Shown: in pieces, positions 36,698 through 50,100 of the stretch
Layout: each line of letters begins with the position of its first letter
Numbering within the stretch: position 1 is the first letter of the stretch
NCBI GenBank assembly: GCA_043228905.1
Contig: JBHGNT010000011.1
Coordinates: 9,672,001-9,736,000 of the forward strand
DNA: 64,000 nt
Reading direction: 5' to 3'
From: Azolla caroliniana
Taxonomy: Eukaryota; Plantae; Polypodiophyta
The notes under the pieces: generated by a model
Seen by the model: only the letters and a program-made list of their open reading frames with translations
What the model was told of the DNA's origin: nothing
The model's database searches: none
Translations under genes and position numbers: made by a program

Positions 36698-38817
36698 AGT
36701 TGGTTGTAGTTAAAGCACGTTACTGGTGTTGAGTTTCTAGATTCCCCTTGCTTGAATTGGGATATTTGACTTTGTGCGGGATGATCTTCTCGGGCCAGCA
36801 AGGCGTAGGTATGGGCACGAGGAGCATTTTCCCAAGACTCGAGCCGGGGGTGTTTTCGATTATCGGTGTACAGAGGGTCTTGGCGATGGTTGTCGAAGGG
36901 TCGTGGATTATTGCCCGAGGGTCGAGGACCACGACTATTATAAGGAGGTCATCGGTCATGCCGTGGATACCTCAGTTCGTAGTAGTCCTCTCAGTCGTAA
37001 TCATAGCGGTAATAGCCGTCGTCCAAACGATGGCGGTTGTCGCGATATCGATAGCCATCATCCTCGAGGCGCGGTCGATTATCTAGGCGATAGCGCGGCT
37101 CCTCCGGTCGGTATTGATTATCTCGGCAATAACGATTTGGCTTGGGTCGGTAGTCGTCATCCTACGGATGTCGATCGTCGTACCAAGGCCTCTCGGCATC
37201 CCTATTCTGTGGTGGGGAACGATCATCCTGTTGAGAGCGATCATGACGTGGCTCGATCTATCGTACAGGAGTAGACATGGTTCGATTAAGCATATTGTGC
37301 TCACATTGTTCGACCGTATGCACCCGAGAATGGCAGATTGGGTAGTGTGGCCGGATTGCGTGCACGTTGTGCATTGGAGGGCCTGTCGAAACTAGGTTTC
37401 TTCGTGGGTCGGCAAGGCATGTTGGGATGGGCCCATCGAAAAAGAAGTGTTATGATGCGCTCTATCTATTGTGACGATGCGAGCGACCACTTGCTCGATG
37501 GTTTGTTGGGAAAAATCTGTCAAGGCGAGAGTGGTGCGGAGGGGCTCCTGGAGGCCGACAAGGAACATGTTTTTTAAATGATTCGCGGAGACATCTTGAG
37601 CGAGTTGCCAATAGAGATCCTGGAATCGGATCGTGAACTAAGAAACCGTCTCATGCGGTTCCTGTAATATAGCGTAGAATTGGCAGAGCAATTCCTGCTT
37701 AGGTATTTCGCGGTGAAAAAGTTTGAGAAATTGAATGCAGACGTCCTAAAACGTCGCAAATTCCCCATGATCGCGGCGGGAGTACCACCAAGCCGCGGAT
37801 CCATTGAGGGATAGTGTGAATTCAGTGATTTTGGAGGCATCAACCTCCGCAACGGTGAGACGTTTGTGTCAAATGGTTGGCTTTCCAAGTAGACACAAAA
37901 GAGCATATGTGAGACTCTGCATCAGAGCCATCCGTATAACGGGGATACGGGTAAGGCATGGTGTCGAAGTCTAGGTCTTCTGGTAACGCCGGAAATGGGA
38001 TGAACTTGGCTTGGATAACTTTGGGAGGACTCGGAGGTGCGGCGAAGTCAGAGCCTATGTGTGACTGTGTGTCAAGAGCCGCTACTGGTGAGTGGTGCGA
38101 CTTCGGGGGCTACGGTGACGATTATTGCGTGAGCACGGAGTCGGTAGTTTCCTCGGCTAGCTCGGCGTGGCAGGAGGTAGCCGAGAACGCGTGGTGCGAT
38201 TGGGTGTCGTAATGGCACATGGGGTTTCCACCTACGTTGTTCGTTGTATTGCACAACGTGAACCGGGCGTGCCAAATTGTGTTGTCTCTACTCAGAGATA
38301 ACACCTTCGATTACTTCTAAGGTAATCGGGTCAAGGGGTCGTGGTACGTAGTGGTGGATAAGAAACCTGGGATTGCACGGCTAGTTGATTACAAAAAACA
38401 GTCGGCCACAACCGGCCGTGTAAATTGTACTTGAAATTAAGATAGCAAATCCTAATAACACAGATAGATGCTCAAACATATTAGACCCACAAAGATAGAT
38501 ATATTAATAGATTCAGATGCAAAAGTTAGACGGCTCACGGTTAGAGTTCTATTGTACAATCAGATAGATAACCGTAACCCTCTCTAGACTAGGGTATAAC
38601 TCTCCCTCTATTCCTCCTTTTTGTTGATATTGCTCCTCGTTTTATAGCTTCCCTTTCTGCTTGGCGGGCTTCAGCCAATCCTTTCTTCTCGGCCTTCATT
38701 CTCGGCTACACGTATTCTATTACCTTCCTCATTCTTGGTTGTCATTTTTCACCTACTTTACCTACTCATATCCTTAGATTCGTTTCACATTGTATCCCTT
38801 TTGTCCCACGGATAACA
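36698..38817 (-). mobile_element. 5' part of a Gypsy-like element (LTR 38280-38817, PBS, decayed gag-like region)
   Basis: LTR-like segment with TGTT(A/G)TC inverted ends and a minus-strand TATA. PBS-like tggcacgcccgg (tRNA-Arg type) at 38263-38274, then GC-rich decayed coding sequence. No pol is visible. Confidence 0.55.
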
Positions 38818-39837
38818 ATAGATAATGAGCCTACAATTGCACCAAAACCAATGGAACTTGGCTATGATAAGGTTGAGCAAAGAAATATCAACTAAATTTC
38901 GATAGCATGAATGAACTTAAATGGCAATTACTTATTAAAACACTTGAGCTAGGCATACAACTCACTTGATATCAATGTTGATCCATAGCTACCCAACTTG
39001 GCCACAATGTCCAATGTGGAGTATATGCAACTCAAAACCAAATCAAGATTTTGCAACACTTATGTACCATGCCTTGGGAAAAATGTGGAGGCTCACATTT
39101 CAAACATCATACGCATACGTTACACCAAACTATAAAACCATCTTCTCTTGGAAACAAGAAACTACTTTCACTAGCCATTATGTTGCCCCACCATTGCTTC
39201 TATACAACTTGGTTCACATTCTCTTTTATGTAAGTTGGGGGCCCATGTTAGGGCACAAATGAAGAGACTCATTGACAACGTGCATTCAAAATGAACAAGT
39301 TCAAGAGTAAAGTGTCACACTTTAATATAATGTGCTACATTCAACCATATTCAAAATCGCTTTCCACAAACTATAAACCTGATACTCCCTATGCACATTT
39401 TTCTCATAATCATATTGCACATTCTCGATTGCAACACTCAACAATAAAGTTCTTATACATCGGGAGTCATTACTCAATTCCACACGTTATATAAGAACGT
39501 GCCACTAGGGTTCATAGGGAAATAATAAAATCCTTTGGCTGTTGGCTTGGCGGTTTATTTTACACCATAGCATCAAAGTTATAGAATTGATAGAATCCAA
39601 GTTTGCTCCTCACCCGTAGGCTAGGCCCTGTTCTCATAGATCACAATCGGTCTCTTGTGGACATTAAAAGGATATCTATCTATCTCTATATATATACACC
39701 TAAGTTTTCGAAATGAATTACATCGATAGCAAAGTGATTGATTGCATTTGCTTAAATATTTCAATAAAAATAAAAAGCATATGCACAAATGGATCATCAG
39801 ATACAAGCATATGAAGATGATTGTTATAATGAAAAGA

Positions 39838-42800
39838 TTAGTAGGTCAAAGGAGGGTTAAAATCGATTTTGCGAGCAACTGCAGTAAGCTTTTGCATAGC
39901 ACAATCTTCTATTTGTCGAACTCTCTCTCTGGTGATCCCAAACCTGTTGGAAAGAGGGTAGGAGTAACGATCACCATATTGAACTGTAAATCAAATACTA
40001 CATTCTCTTCTTTCCACTAAATCTTATTGTTCAAAGATAGTATTATAATAGAGGCAAAGAAAATTTTAAATATTGCTATTTGCAAAGCCACCAAAATATG
40101 CCTAACTTGTCAGGCACTTAGCAGAATACCCTGAAGTTTTCAAATTTTGCAAGAATACCCTCTACTTTTTCAAATTTTTATTACTGTAGAGGGGTATGGA
40201 GCAATATTTACAAACTTTGGGGTATTCTAGTCGGTTTTGCCCCTTTATGTTTTTGGGTTTTCTATTCCATACCTATGGCTGATTTTGCTGAGGGATACTG
40301 CCTTCCCATCAAGGCCATAATGAAGCCTTATGATTTCTTGCTCGCGTTGATTCAGCATATTAGATAACAAGTTGTCCACATCCTCCTGCAACAAAAGAAA
40401 CCCAAATTCCCTTCCTTATTTTTAGCAGTGTGGGAGGCATTACTCAGTAACACAAAACAACATGGCATAAACTGTACTCACCCTCAAGAATCTCTTCCCA
40501 ACTACCACCCAAGGGTCACTTTCAGGATTAGGATCTGCAACAAACTAAAGCAAAAAGAAGAATGTGAGACAGACCCATTTTATACTGGAACTATATTTTC
40601 TGGCAAGTTAGTAATTCTTTTGGAGCAGTTAAAAGCAATCTAAGGATACTAAATTATTAAAAATCTTGTAGACCAACCTTGCATATTAATGACAAACATT
40701 GGTGGAAAATTAAGGTATCAACCTTGCATATAAAAGCTTATCGACCAGCATCGCAAATTTTGATGCAAAAAACACAATTGTGAAAAGCTATTAACGATGA
40801 AGAAAGGGTAAAACTATAAGTAGAGCTAAGGGCAAGTCATATGTCAAAAAGCAAACAGGAAAATTTGCATATTGATCACAAAAAATGGTGAACAGCTACA
40901 GTCATCTGATGGTAAACCTTGCATATATGATTGTCTATTAGCCTATAGACCAATCTTGCATAATAATGATGAAAATAAATGGTGAAAAGCTAAGGTAAGC
41001 TGAAGTCTCAATAGAATATTTTTCAATAACCTCTAATCTCATAACATAGTATATACTACTACTAAAGTATGGTATAATAGATAAGATTAGGTTGAATTAG
41101 ATTAGGTTAGATTAGATTAGATTAGAGGAGAGGAGAGGAGTAGCTATCGGCAACTGTACGGTTCGAGTGTGTCAAACTCAAACTCTTGTAAATTGAACCG
41201 TTTAAAAAACCGTTTACAAAAAGTCCACGAAACCATTTAAACCAAAACCGTTCAAACCAACCCTTTGCAAAAAGTCCAAGCTCAAACCAAACGGTTTTAG
41301 AGATTTTCAAACCATTAAACCATAAAAAACGTTTTTTCACGGTTTGGTTTCGGTTTTCAAAGTTAGGTCAAAATCAAATTCTCAATTCTCAATTTTTCAA
41401 TTTTTCAATTTTTCAATATTCCAAATTTTAAATTTTCAAAATTTTAAAGATTTTTCCTAAAATGTCAGAATTAGGCTTAAAATGAAAAGGTTGTTAAATG
41501 AAATATTCAAGAATATATTTAAAAATTTTAATCAAGGGTAGGGTAGCGTAGTATAGGGTAGTATAGTGTAGAGTATTTCATCGTTTTTGTCATAAAAACA
41601 CTCAACAAGTAGCTTGATTACACTATGTAGGGTTTCCTCCTCAGAACTGAATGATCCCCATCGTTTTCCCTTGTCAAAAGATATCATCTTCTTTACAGCC
41701 TGTAAGAAGTAATTAAAATAGATAAGAATATCATCAGGAATGACTTAATATCAACCAGAAGAAAGAAGAGGCGTCGTCGCATCCTTTAAATCTGGAGGGA
41801 AATAACCTGTTTACCTTTAATGTCACTGTGACTGTTTCCTCTGACATGTTTACAACATGAGAAAGATTCTGCATGGCACCTCAAAATTATTAATGTTTAT
41901 CCTTCTTAACCAAAAAGTTCCTCTACTTCAAAAATAATCAGCACAATTAACAATCCATGATTATTGAGTCATATCCTTCATAACTAGGTCTGGAAATGTG
42001 CTAATAAGCAAGATAACAAGCTGATTTGAGCTATTGGCAGGAATATGCAGTTCATCCAAGTTGCTTATATGTCCATAATTACAATACAAAGTAAAATGCC
42101 CCCTGGAAGAATGTCACCTCCAGGCTTGCTATAAAAGCAATGCTATTGTTTTCAACCATTCAGTTCTAAAAAGCAAACTTGTAAAGCTAATGGTTGAGGA
42201 GAGAAGTGGTAGTGTAAACGATCTCAAACTAAAATAAATGGCATCTACAATGAAAGTAGGTTTTAGACCCATTATTTTACATTTGAAAACACAACCTTAC
42301 AGTCATAAAGCATAAGATTTTCCACTACGACACAGCGTGAACTGTACCACTATGCCATCATGTATATATGTTTAATTTAAATGATAATTTCCTATGATTT
42401 AGGATATAATGTCTTGCTTTACATTTCTGACAATAAAACAATTATAAAACTGGACGGCATTCATTTCCTAAGAAACAAATGGAAGACAAGGTAGGTGCAA
42501 CTATAGATACCATTTAAAACCAATACCTGGAAAGGATGCAGATTGTTAAACATAAATTCTTTTGGGATTTTGTGCGATATTCTGTAACTTTGCCATACCT
42601 AGTATATTAAAGATGACCCTTTGCTTTTCCAACGATACATGGAGATATGAGAAAGCCTTTATAAAACTTTAATGAAAGAGGGAATTAAAGATGACCCTTT
42701 GCTTTTCCAACGATACATGGAGATATGAGAAAGCCTTTATAAAACTTTAATGAAAGAGGGAAATTTTGATAATGCTGCCCTAGTTCTTAGCACAAGCATT

Positions 42801-45355
42801 CCTCCTTCCAAATGGAGCAACCCTAAGAAAATTATCATGCTAAATGAGATCCAATTCCAAATAGACATCTTTAGATGTTGGGGCAAAACAGAAAAGAAAC
42901 TGAACTGCTATTTGCATGGGTGCACACGTCAACACTCTGAATCCATTTCTTCTCAGAAAGATAATTGATGCCGACTAATGTAATCGGCACAATCATTCAA
43001 ACTTAAAATTAAAACAGAGCTTTGAAATGGAAATGACCAAAAGCCACAAAGCAATACCTTCACAGAAACAGGTGTTCCTTCTGTTGTCAGCATTTCCGAA
43101 GCCCTGTTAATAACACCTAACCTATGATGAATATGGGCAGGCAATCTCACAGTCCGTGAGTGCCCCGCCAAGGCTCGTGTTATGCCCTAAATGATCAATT
43201 TTCGCATCATATCAGAAAGGGAACATAGAGCCTAAGCCCAACAAATAACTTGTTTGCAACATACTTGCCAAATCCACCAATGCACATAAGTTGATAACCG
43301 GAAGCCTTTTGTATGATCAAATTTTTCAAGCCCTAGCAGAAGCCCAAGGGCACCCTCCTATGTTAATATTGTCACACAACCACCATGTTAGGGAGAAGAA
43401 AAATGAAGCTACATACATGATGTGGTATGACCTTTCTTCAATTGTTACCTGTACAAGATCAGAAAAGCTTAGTCCATGTCCAGTGTATTTATTTGCAACA
43501 GAGAATACAAGCCGCAAATTCGAGATAAACATTTGATCTCTTGCTCGATGTGCATCCAAGATTTTTCTTTGCACTTGAGAGAATGGCAGGTTAAGAGTCG
43601 AAGCCCATAGATCATTGGAGGGCTCATGCCCAAGGATTTTCGTAAGCCTGAGATCCATCATCCATCTCGATTTTCATTTGAAAAATAAATAAAAACTAGT
43701 GATGCCATGCAAATGAAAAACGACCCAGATCTTATAAACCTAAACGGAACTCATCATAAACCTGACGTAATAAAGAATTGAAGGAATCATAACTATCATT
43801 GAGTTTGATTCAGATAGAAGCACTATTGACTGTGGCTCTAATGAGGTTGCTGCAAGGTCTTTCCAAACATATCATAGGGATTTGCTAATATGTGATTTTC
43901 AATGTATCTATGATATTTGCAAGGTGATTTGACTCCATTATTTGAGAGGGCTAACAGCCAGCCAGCCAGCAGTGGGCTTATAGTTTAATTGGTTGAAACG
44001 TACCGCTCATAACGGTAATATTGTAGGTTCGAGCCCTACTAAGCCTATTCCCTGACATATCGCTGGTTGTGCTACAACTTGATTGCTAATACCTCACATG
44101 TTTGTGCAAGGAGTTTCCAAACATATCGAGTGGGTTGTGCTAACATTGATTGTTAACGTACGCTGTATTGGTAATGTGTCAAGTTGCACAATGTAGCCAC
44201 TTCACTCTTAAGTCTCACATAAATAAGGAATGACTCCTTACTAAAAGAAAAGAGAAAGGAATAAAAGGAGCAATCTTACTTTATTCGTGCCGCTTTGAGG
44301 TTAGTTCCGATTTTCATTTTCTTGGAAAGGAAGAGTTCCTCCTCTTTAGTCAAGAGCTGTTTTGTGCATTTCATCCCCAAGGTTGTAACTGATGCAAGAG
44401 ACTCATTGATCCTAGCTATCGAAGAAGCATGTAAAGATCGAAAATCCCTCGACAATCTCTTTCTCCGTGTGCTCAAATGTCGTTTCAACCCAAGTCGAAC
44501 ACCCATCATTACTTCTTCTTTTCCTCCAGGTTCAATCTCGGATGCATATGATATGGCCCTAGAGAGCCCTTTATCTTCTTTCGTCTCTGGAACAAAACTT
44601 TGTTTTTTAGAACTTTTCCGAGAAGCTGACTGTGGATTATGAAGGAAGCCTTTATCTTCTTCAGTGTCCAAAACCATACTCTGTTTTCGACGTCTTTTCC
44701 GAAAAGCCGAACGCACATTACTAAGAGACCCTCTATTTTCTTCATTCTTTGATACCATACTCATTTGGCAACCACTTTTCTCCAATTGCACCCTACTAAA
44801 GGATACTCTATCTTCTTCACAGTCTGATACCATGCACCGTTTCCAACCATCTTTCCAGGAAGCCGAATGTGGCCCCATAACTTCACTCTCTGATACCATA
44901 CTCTGTTTTCGAGCATTTAGGCGGCGCTGTCGGGCTGATTTCCGACCTGAGCCTATCCTTGGGACTTCTTGTCCATGTGTGATTAAAGTCCATTGGTTCT
45001 CTAACAAAGACCTCTGAAGTTCTGTGATGAGCACTTCAGACCAATAACCTGTAGCCAGAGAAGGCACCACCTCCCTCTCTCTGTCAATCTCTCTCTCTCT
45101 TTCAAGCAAGGACCCAAATCCGCTTCTTGGACTAGATTCATCTATTAGAGGGTGTAAGGTAGTGGATTTCAAAGCTTTTGGTACGGGTCCACTTCTTGTT
45201 TTCCTGTTGGGTTGATTCACGGAGCAGATTAGTCTGTCAAAGCTGAGTGTGAGAAAGAGTCTTTCAGAATCTTGCATGTGAGGAGGGTGAGGGTGAGGAT
45301 GGAGGTGAGTAGTGGGGAGGAAGGAAGAAGCCAAGAAGAGCTGTTGGGTGGGCAT
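39838..45355 (-). CDS. SIG1: Plastid RNA polymerase sigma factor, SIG1/SigA-like, 9 exons, ~636 aa
   Basis: Exons 45355-44280, 43647-43449, 43357-43265, 43186-43058, 41868-41815, 41699-41622, 40544-40482, 40385-40273 and 39943-39838, all GT-AG and in frame. Motifs [51 protein letters not shown] and [10 protein letters not shown]. Confidence 0.92.
40123..40228. repeat. Small inverted-repeat (MITE-like) insert in the last sigma-factor intron
   Basis: agaataccctgaagttttcaaattttgc pairs imperfectly with gcaatatttacaaactttggggtattct. Confidence 0.55.
41085..41580. mobile_element. Non-autonomous repeat insertion with AAACCG-type motifs, flanked by (TTAGA)n and GTAG-type microsatellites, in a sigma-factor intron
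   Basis: Clustered aaccg/aaacc/cggttt motifs and a composition shift relative to the rest of the intron; termini not defined. Confidence 0.4.
42606..42761. repeat. Perfect 78-bp tandem duplication (intronic)
   Basis: attaaagatgaccc...gaaagaggga appears at 42606-42683 and 42684-42761. Confidence 0.95.
43974..44047 (+). tRNA. trnI-CAU: Mitochondrial-type tRNA-Ile(CAU) (trnI-CAU) copy, probable NUMT, in sigma-factor intron 1
   Basis: GGGCTTATAGTTTAATTGGTTGAAACGTACCGCTCATAACGGTAATATTGTAGGTTCGAGCCCTACTAAGCCTA folds as a cloverleaf with anticodon CAT. It matches the land-plant mitochondrial trnI(CAU) sequence as I recall it. Confidence 0.88.
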
Positions 45356-46779
45356 TTCTCTCAGCTTGCTTGCTTGCTCGCTCCTTCCTGTCTGTCTTCT
45401 TCACCACTCATACATACCATACCATTACCATTACCATTACCATACCACTCACCACCAATTCAGTCAGTGACACAGAACAAAACCAGAGCTACTAACTACT
45501 ACATACACACATACATACTGATACAATAAGAGAAGAAAGAGGGGGTATGGTATGTATACATACAGTCTACTACGGATATATGTTGTTAGAAGAATCCCCC
45601 CAATTCTCAACTCTGCGTAGTCTGTCTTCATAGGGCTCTCAAGGTTTAGGGTTTATTTAGGATTATGTTTTTTATGTTTGCGGACTCGAGCTCGAGCTCG
45701 GGTTTTAAAAAGTATAGCATTAGCTTGTCCTATCATTTTCCAGGTGTTAGTAAACCCTATTACATCGTGCTGCTTTTTAGTGATAGGTTGGTTGCATATG
45801 TGGTGGTAAAACCTTTGGGAATTAGGGTTTTAAGTTATAGGTATTGATTGATTGATGTCTAGGATGTAGCATCATTTCATTGTATATTGTCATATGATTG
45901 TCCAACTAAGAGTTTGAAACCATTTCTAGTTACTGATTGCACGGTGTTTGTTTCGAGGTTTATGGTCTAGAGTTTCCGTCCATACATGGTTTGAGATTTA
46001 GGGTTTATAGTAAAGAACGATTCAAGAACTAGAACATCAGACATCAGACATTTCAATATGAAATTGGAGGTGATGTCGTTAAACTTTAAGATTTCTCGTA
46101 TATTTAATGTAAATCAAGCTTCATGGGGGCATGTTTAGCTACACACAAAAGTTTGAAATATATAGTTGTAAATGTAATTGTTTTGATGAGCCTTATTTGA
46201 AAAGCATTAAAACTAAGCTCACAGGTTAATAAGTTTTTTTAAACTACTATTTTAACCAATCATATATTATGGTGGTTATCAATCGCTAATTATTTCGTCT
46301 CCTACTTGTGCACTCTGATTAGTTTTTACATCTTTACTCCTTGTTGTGTTTGGAAACAAGAGGCAATGCATTAGATTGTGCACATAATCTCTTGTTTGTG
46401 ATGACATTGCATGGAATTGTCACCCCTCTCCTCATTGGCAACAATAAGGTGTCGAGCAAAGTTTTCACAATTTAATTCTCCTTCACCTTCATAAAGAAAT
46501 TCAAGTTTACAGTTTCTTTCACTCCGTCTTCAAGGATCAAATAGCAATGCCATCTTTCATTGATCGTATCGTGGGACAATTTCGATGTCATAAAACCATT
46601 TTGTTGAGCAACCTATTTGTGTGGATGATGATCTCTAAGTAAAAATACGAAGACTTTTTTTTATATAACAAATTAATTTGAATCAAACCCACAACCTTAG
46701 TATTGCAAAACACAACTCGGGTCTTAAACTCTCATTGAGTTAATTTAAAAAACTAACTTGTGACACATTTTTTCCTATC

Positions 46780-47030
46780 TATCACATTATTATAACACAT
46801 AATAACACTGAAAAATTATAACACATTATAACACAGAAACATTATAACACATTTGTTTCCAAATACATATACATATATGTATGTATGTATATAACGAAAA
46901 AGGAGTAGACCGTAGCAGTGCAATATTGTATGTATGTAGTTTGTAAGTAAGTAAATAATATACAGTATACATATGTATGTATGTATGTATATGTAAATGA
47001 CAGACAAACATGTATGTATGTATTAGCAGT
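46780..47030. repeat. ACACATTATA and (TATG)n low-complexity repeats in the SIG1/DEX1 intergenic region
   Basis: Visible short tandem units. Confidence 0.75.
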
Positions 47031-47169
47031 AGAAAGAAAAAGATTCATTCATTCAGCCAGTTTTGTTTTTCCTGCAGACAGACAGACAAACAGAGAAGAG
47101 AGACGATGTTCGGCTACAACCAAGAAGACGGGAAGTTGATCTAGAGATCCGGTGGGGAATTCGAAGACC

Positions 47170-50100
47170 ATGAGGTTCTTCTGTGCCTCTTCTCTACTCC
47201 CATTTCGCGGGAAGCGCCGCTGCCTTTCCGTTTCTTTCTCTCACCTCAAATCTCACCTGTGAATGTGGTTTTTCAGGGCCTTATCCTTCAAATTTCTTCT
47301 GTTCTCAGCGCTCATCCTGAGGCTCAACGCTCAACAAGAGAATGGTAACAAGTTCAGAGAGAGAGAGGCCACTGACGATCAGCTACCTTATCCCATTCTG
47401 TGAGTTCTTCCAACGCTTGTTAACATTTATTTCTTTGTTGATTTGATTATACGAGCCTGCAGATTGTGTCGAAGATTCATTCACTCCTTCCATGTATTGC
47501 CATGCTACTTCATATTGTGATGCATTTCAACATTCATAACATACCTGTGTTTTATGACACTGGTGGTATTAATAGTAGATAATGAGGACGAATTGAATGA
47601 CCTGAATGTTCAGTGGCGACCTTTGTGATAGGAACACTACCATAGATTACGAACTAAATATAGCTGAGAGCCTTGAAATTTTCTTATTTGGTATTGGACA
47701 TGTTATAAAGGTCTATGGTTCAGAGGTAGATCTCACAAATAATCATTATAGGATACAATGATTGTGGTCTTGGGAACGTCAATATCATAGCCCAATCTTC
47801 TATGGCTCTGATATTTTGGGTAGATGACTAGGATGGACATACTTGCGTAGGGTCCAGGGATGTGAACACCTCTATATATATTAAAGGTAAAGAGGGATGT
47901 TTGAGGGAGCAGCTATTGAGGGATGATGTTCAGCAAACAGAGAGTAGAGACACAGACTTTTGGGTGTACCCAACCACCTTGATTGGTACACAAGAAAAAA
48001 AAGGTTATTATATTAGTTAACCCTTATATTAGTTAACCCTACAAAGAAAGAGGTGTGTTCACATTACAAAAGGAGGTGTCCTGTCAGGTGAACAATGTGT
48101 TCGCATATACGAATAATTACCTAATTTGTGAACTACGGGCCTTTACACCTAACAACCTCCCACTTAAAGGTCCAATGTGAACATTCAAGTAACTCGCACT
48201 AACTGTATGCAATGCTCATGTAGAGCTTTGCCAAGACTTTTAGTGAGAATGTCTGTAGGATTATCCCGTGTTTTGATTTTGGTCAATGTGACTAGACCAT
48301 CCTCCAAAACTTCTGATAAAGTGATGTCGCACATCAATGTGTTTGGTGCGCAAATGAAACATGGCATTCTTCGCCAGATACACAACACTCTGGCCATCAC
48401 ATCCTAACACAGGAGTACTAACAGACATGCCAATATCTTCAGCAAGTCTTCTGAGCCATATAGCTTCCTTTGAAGCTTCTGTAGCTGAAATATATTCAGC
48501 TTCAATAGTACTCAGTGCTACAATCTTTTGCAATTTGGAGCACCAAGACACTGCTCCACCAGCAACCGTAAATATATACCCGCTAGTAGACTTACGTGTA
48601 TCCATGTCACTTGCCATGTCTGCATCACAATATCCCTGCAAACTTAATGCACCCTTCCCATAGCATAAACATTTTCTCCGTGTACCTTTAAGATACCTGA
48701 ATATACACTTGACATCCTCCCAATGTGCTTTGCCGGGATTAGACATATAGCGATTGACAACTCCCACTACATAAGCAATGACAAAAATATGAAGGAATTC
48801 CCTTCATAGCATTGACTTCTATCTCATCCTCTGGACAATCAGCCTTGCTAAGTTTAAGATATGAAGGCAAAGGAACTCCAAGGAACTTTGCTTTTGCCAT
48901 ATTAAATCTGTTAAGTACTTTTTCACTGTAATTTTCTTGTGACAAAAACAACAATTTGCCCTTTCTGTTTCTACTGATTCTCATGCCCAAAATATGCTCT
49001 ACATTTCCCAAACCTTTCATAGAGAAGACCGATTTCAGTTTATCTTTTAGAGCATCAAGACTAGTCTTTCTTTTCCCAGCTAGCAACATATCACCCACAT
49101 ATAGAACGAGTATGATGGGACTGTCATTGATATCCTTTTCCGTGTATAAACAATGATCTGCATAGCTACAATCAAAACATTGAGAAAGCATAAAAGTATC
49201 AAACTTCTTATACCATTGTCGTGGTGCTTGTTTTAGGCCATACAGGCTACGTTTTAGTTTGCATACCAAATGCTCCTTGTTAGGGACTACAAAACCCTCA
49301 GGTTGTTTCATGTAGATCTCTTCATCAATATCACCATGCAAAAAAGCGGTCTTTACATCCATTTGGTAAAACTCCAGATTAAGCATTGCAGTGAGAGCAA
49401 ATAGCACACGAAGTGTGGTCATCTTCACAACAGGAGAGAAGACCTCTGGGAAGTCAATACCTTCCTTCTGTGCATAACCCTTGGCAACTAATCTTGCCTT
49501 GTATTTTGGTTTCCCTTCAATTTTCCTTACTTTATAAACCCACTTATTCGGAAGAGCTTTCCTTCCTTCAGGTAAGGACATAATATCCAAAGTATCATTT
49601 GCATACAAAGATTTTATTTCTTCTTGCATTGCAAGCTCCCACTTACTGCTAAGTTCACATGACATTGCCTCCTTATAAGTAAGAGGCTCACCCTCATCTG
49701 ACAGCATGACATAATGCAAAGAGGGGTCATATCTATATACCTGCCTCCTTAAACGATTAGACCTACGTACCCAATGATCAGTATTTTCTGGGATTGGTTC
49801 TAAATCTGGAGGAAAATCAGTTTCAGTGCTTTATGGCTGTTGCAAACCATGTCTAGCATGTCATTCAACATCTATATTTTGTTGTTCAGTACCTTCACCT
49901 CGTTGTCCAAGACCTTCATGAGCATCTCTTTGTTGTCCAACTTCTTCTGGCTCAAAGGTAACCTGTCGATCATCATATTCAACCTTTGGTATAGCATCAT
50001 GAGGTTTATTTTCAGATTTTGTGGATGGCTGTAATTGCTGAAATGTAACACTCTTAGAGTTCTCAATAGAGGAACAAGCATTTTTCAGCAATTTTTCTTC

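Noticed and set aside
38900-39500. Possible LINE 3' remnant
   Set aside because: Only a faint resemblance; too degraded to support.
39838-45355. Bacterial or organellar origin suggested by sigma70 and the tRNA
   Set aside because: Spliceosomal introns and a long N-terminal extension show a nuclear-encoded plastid sigma factor.
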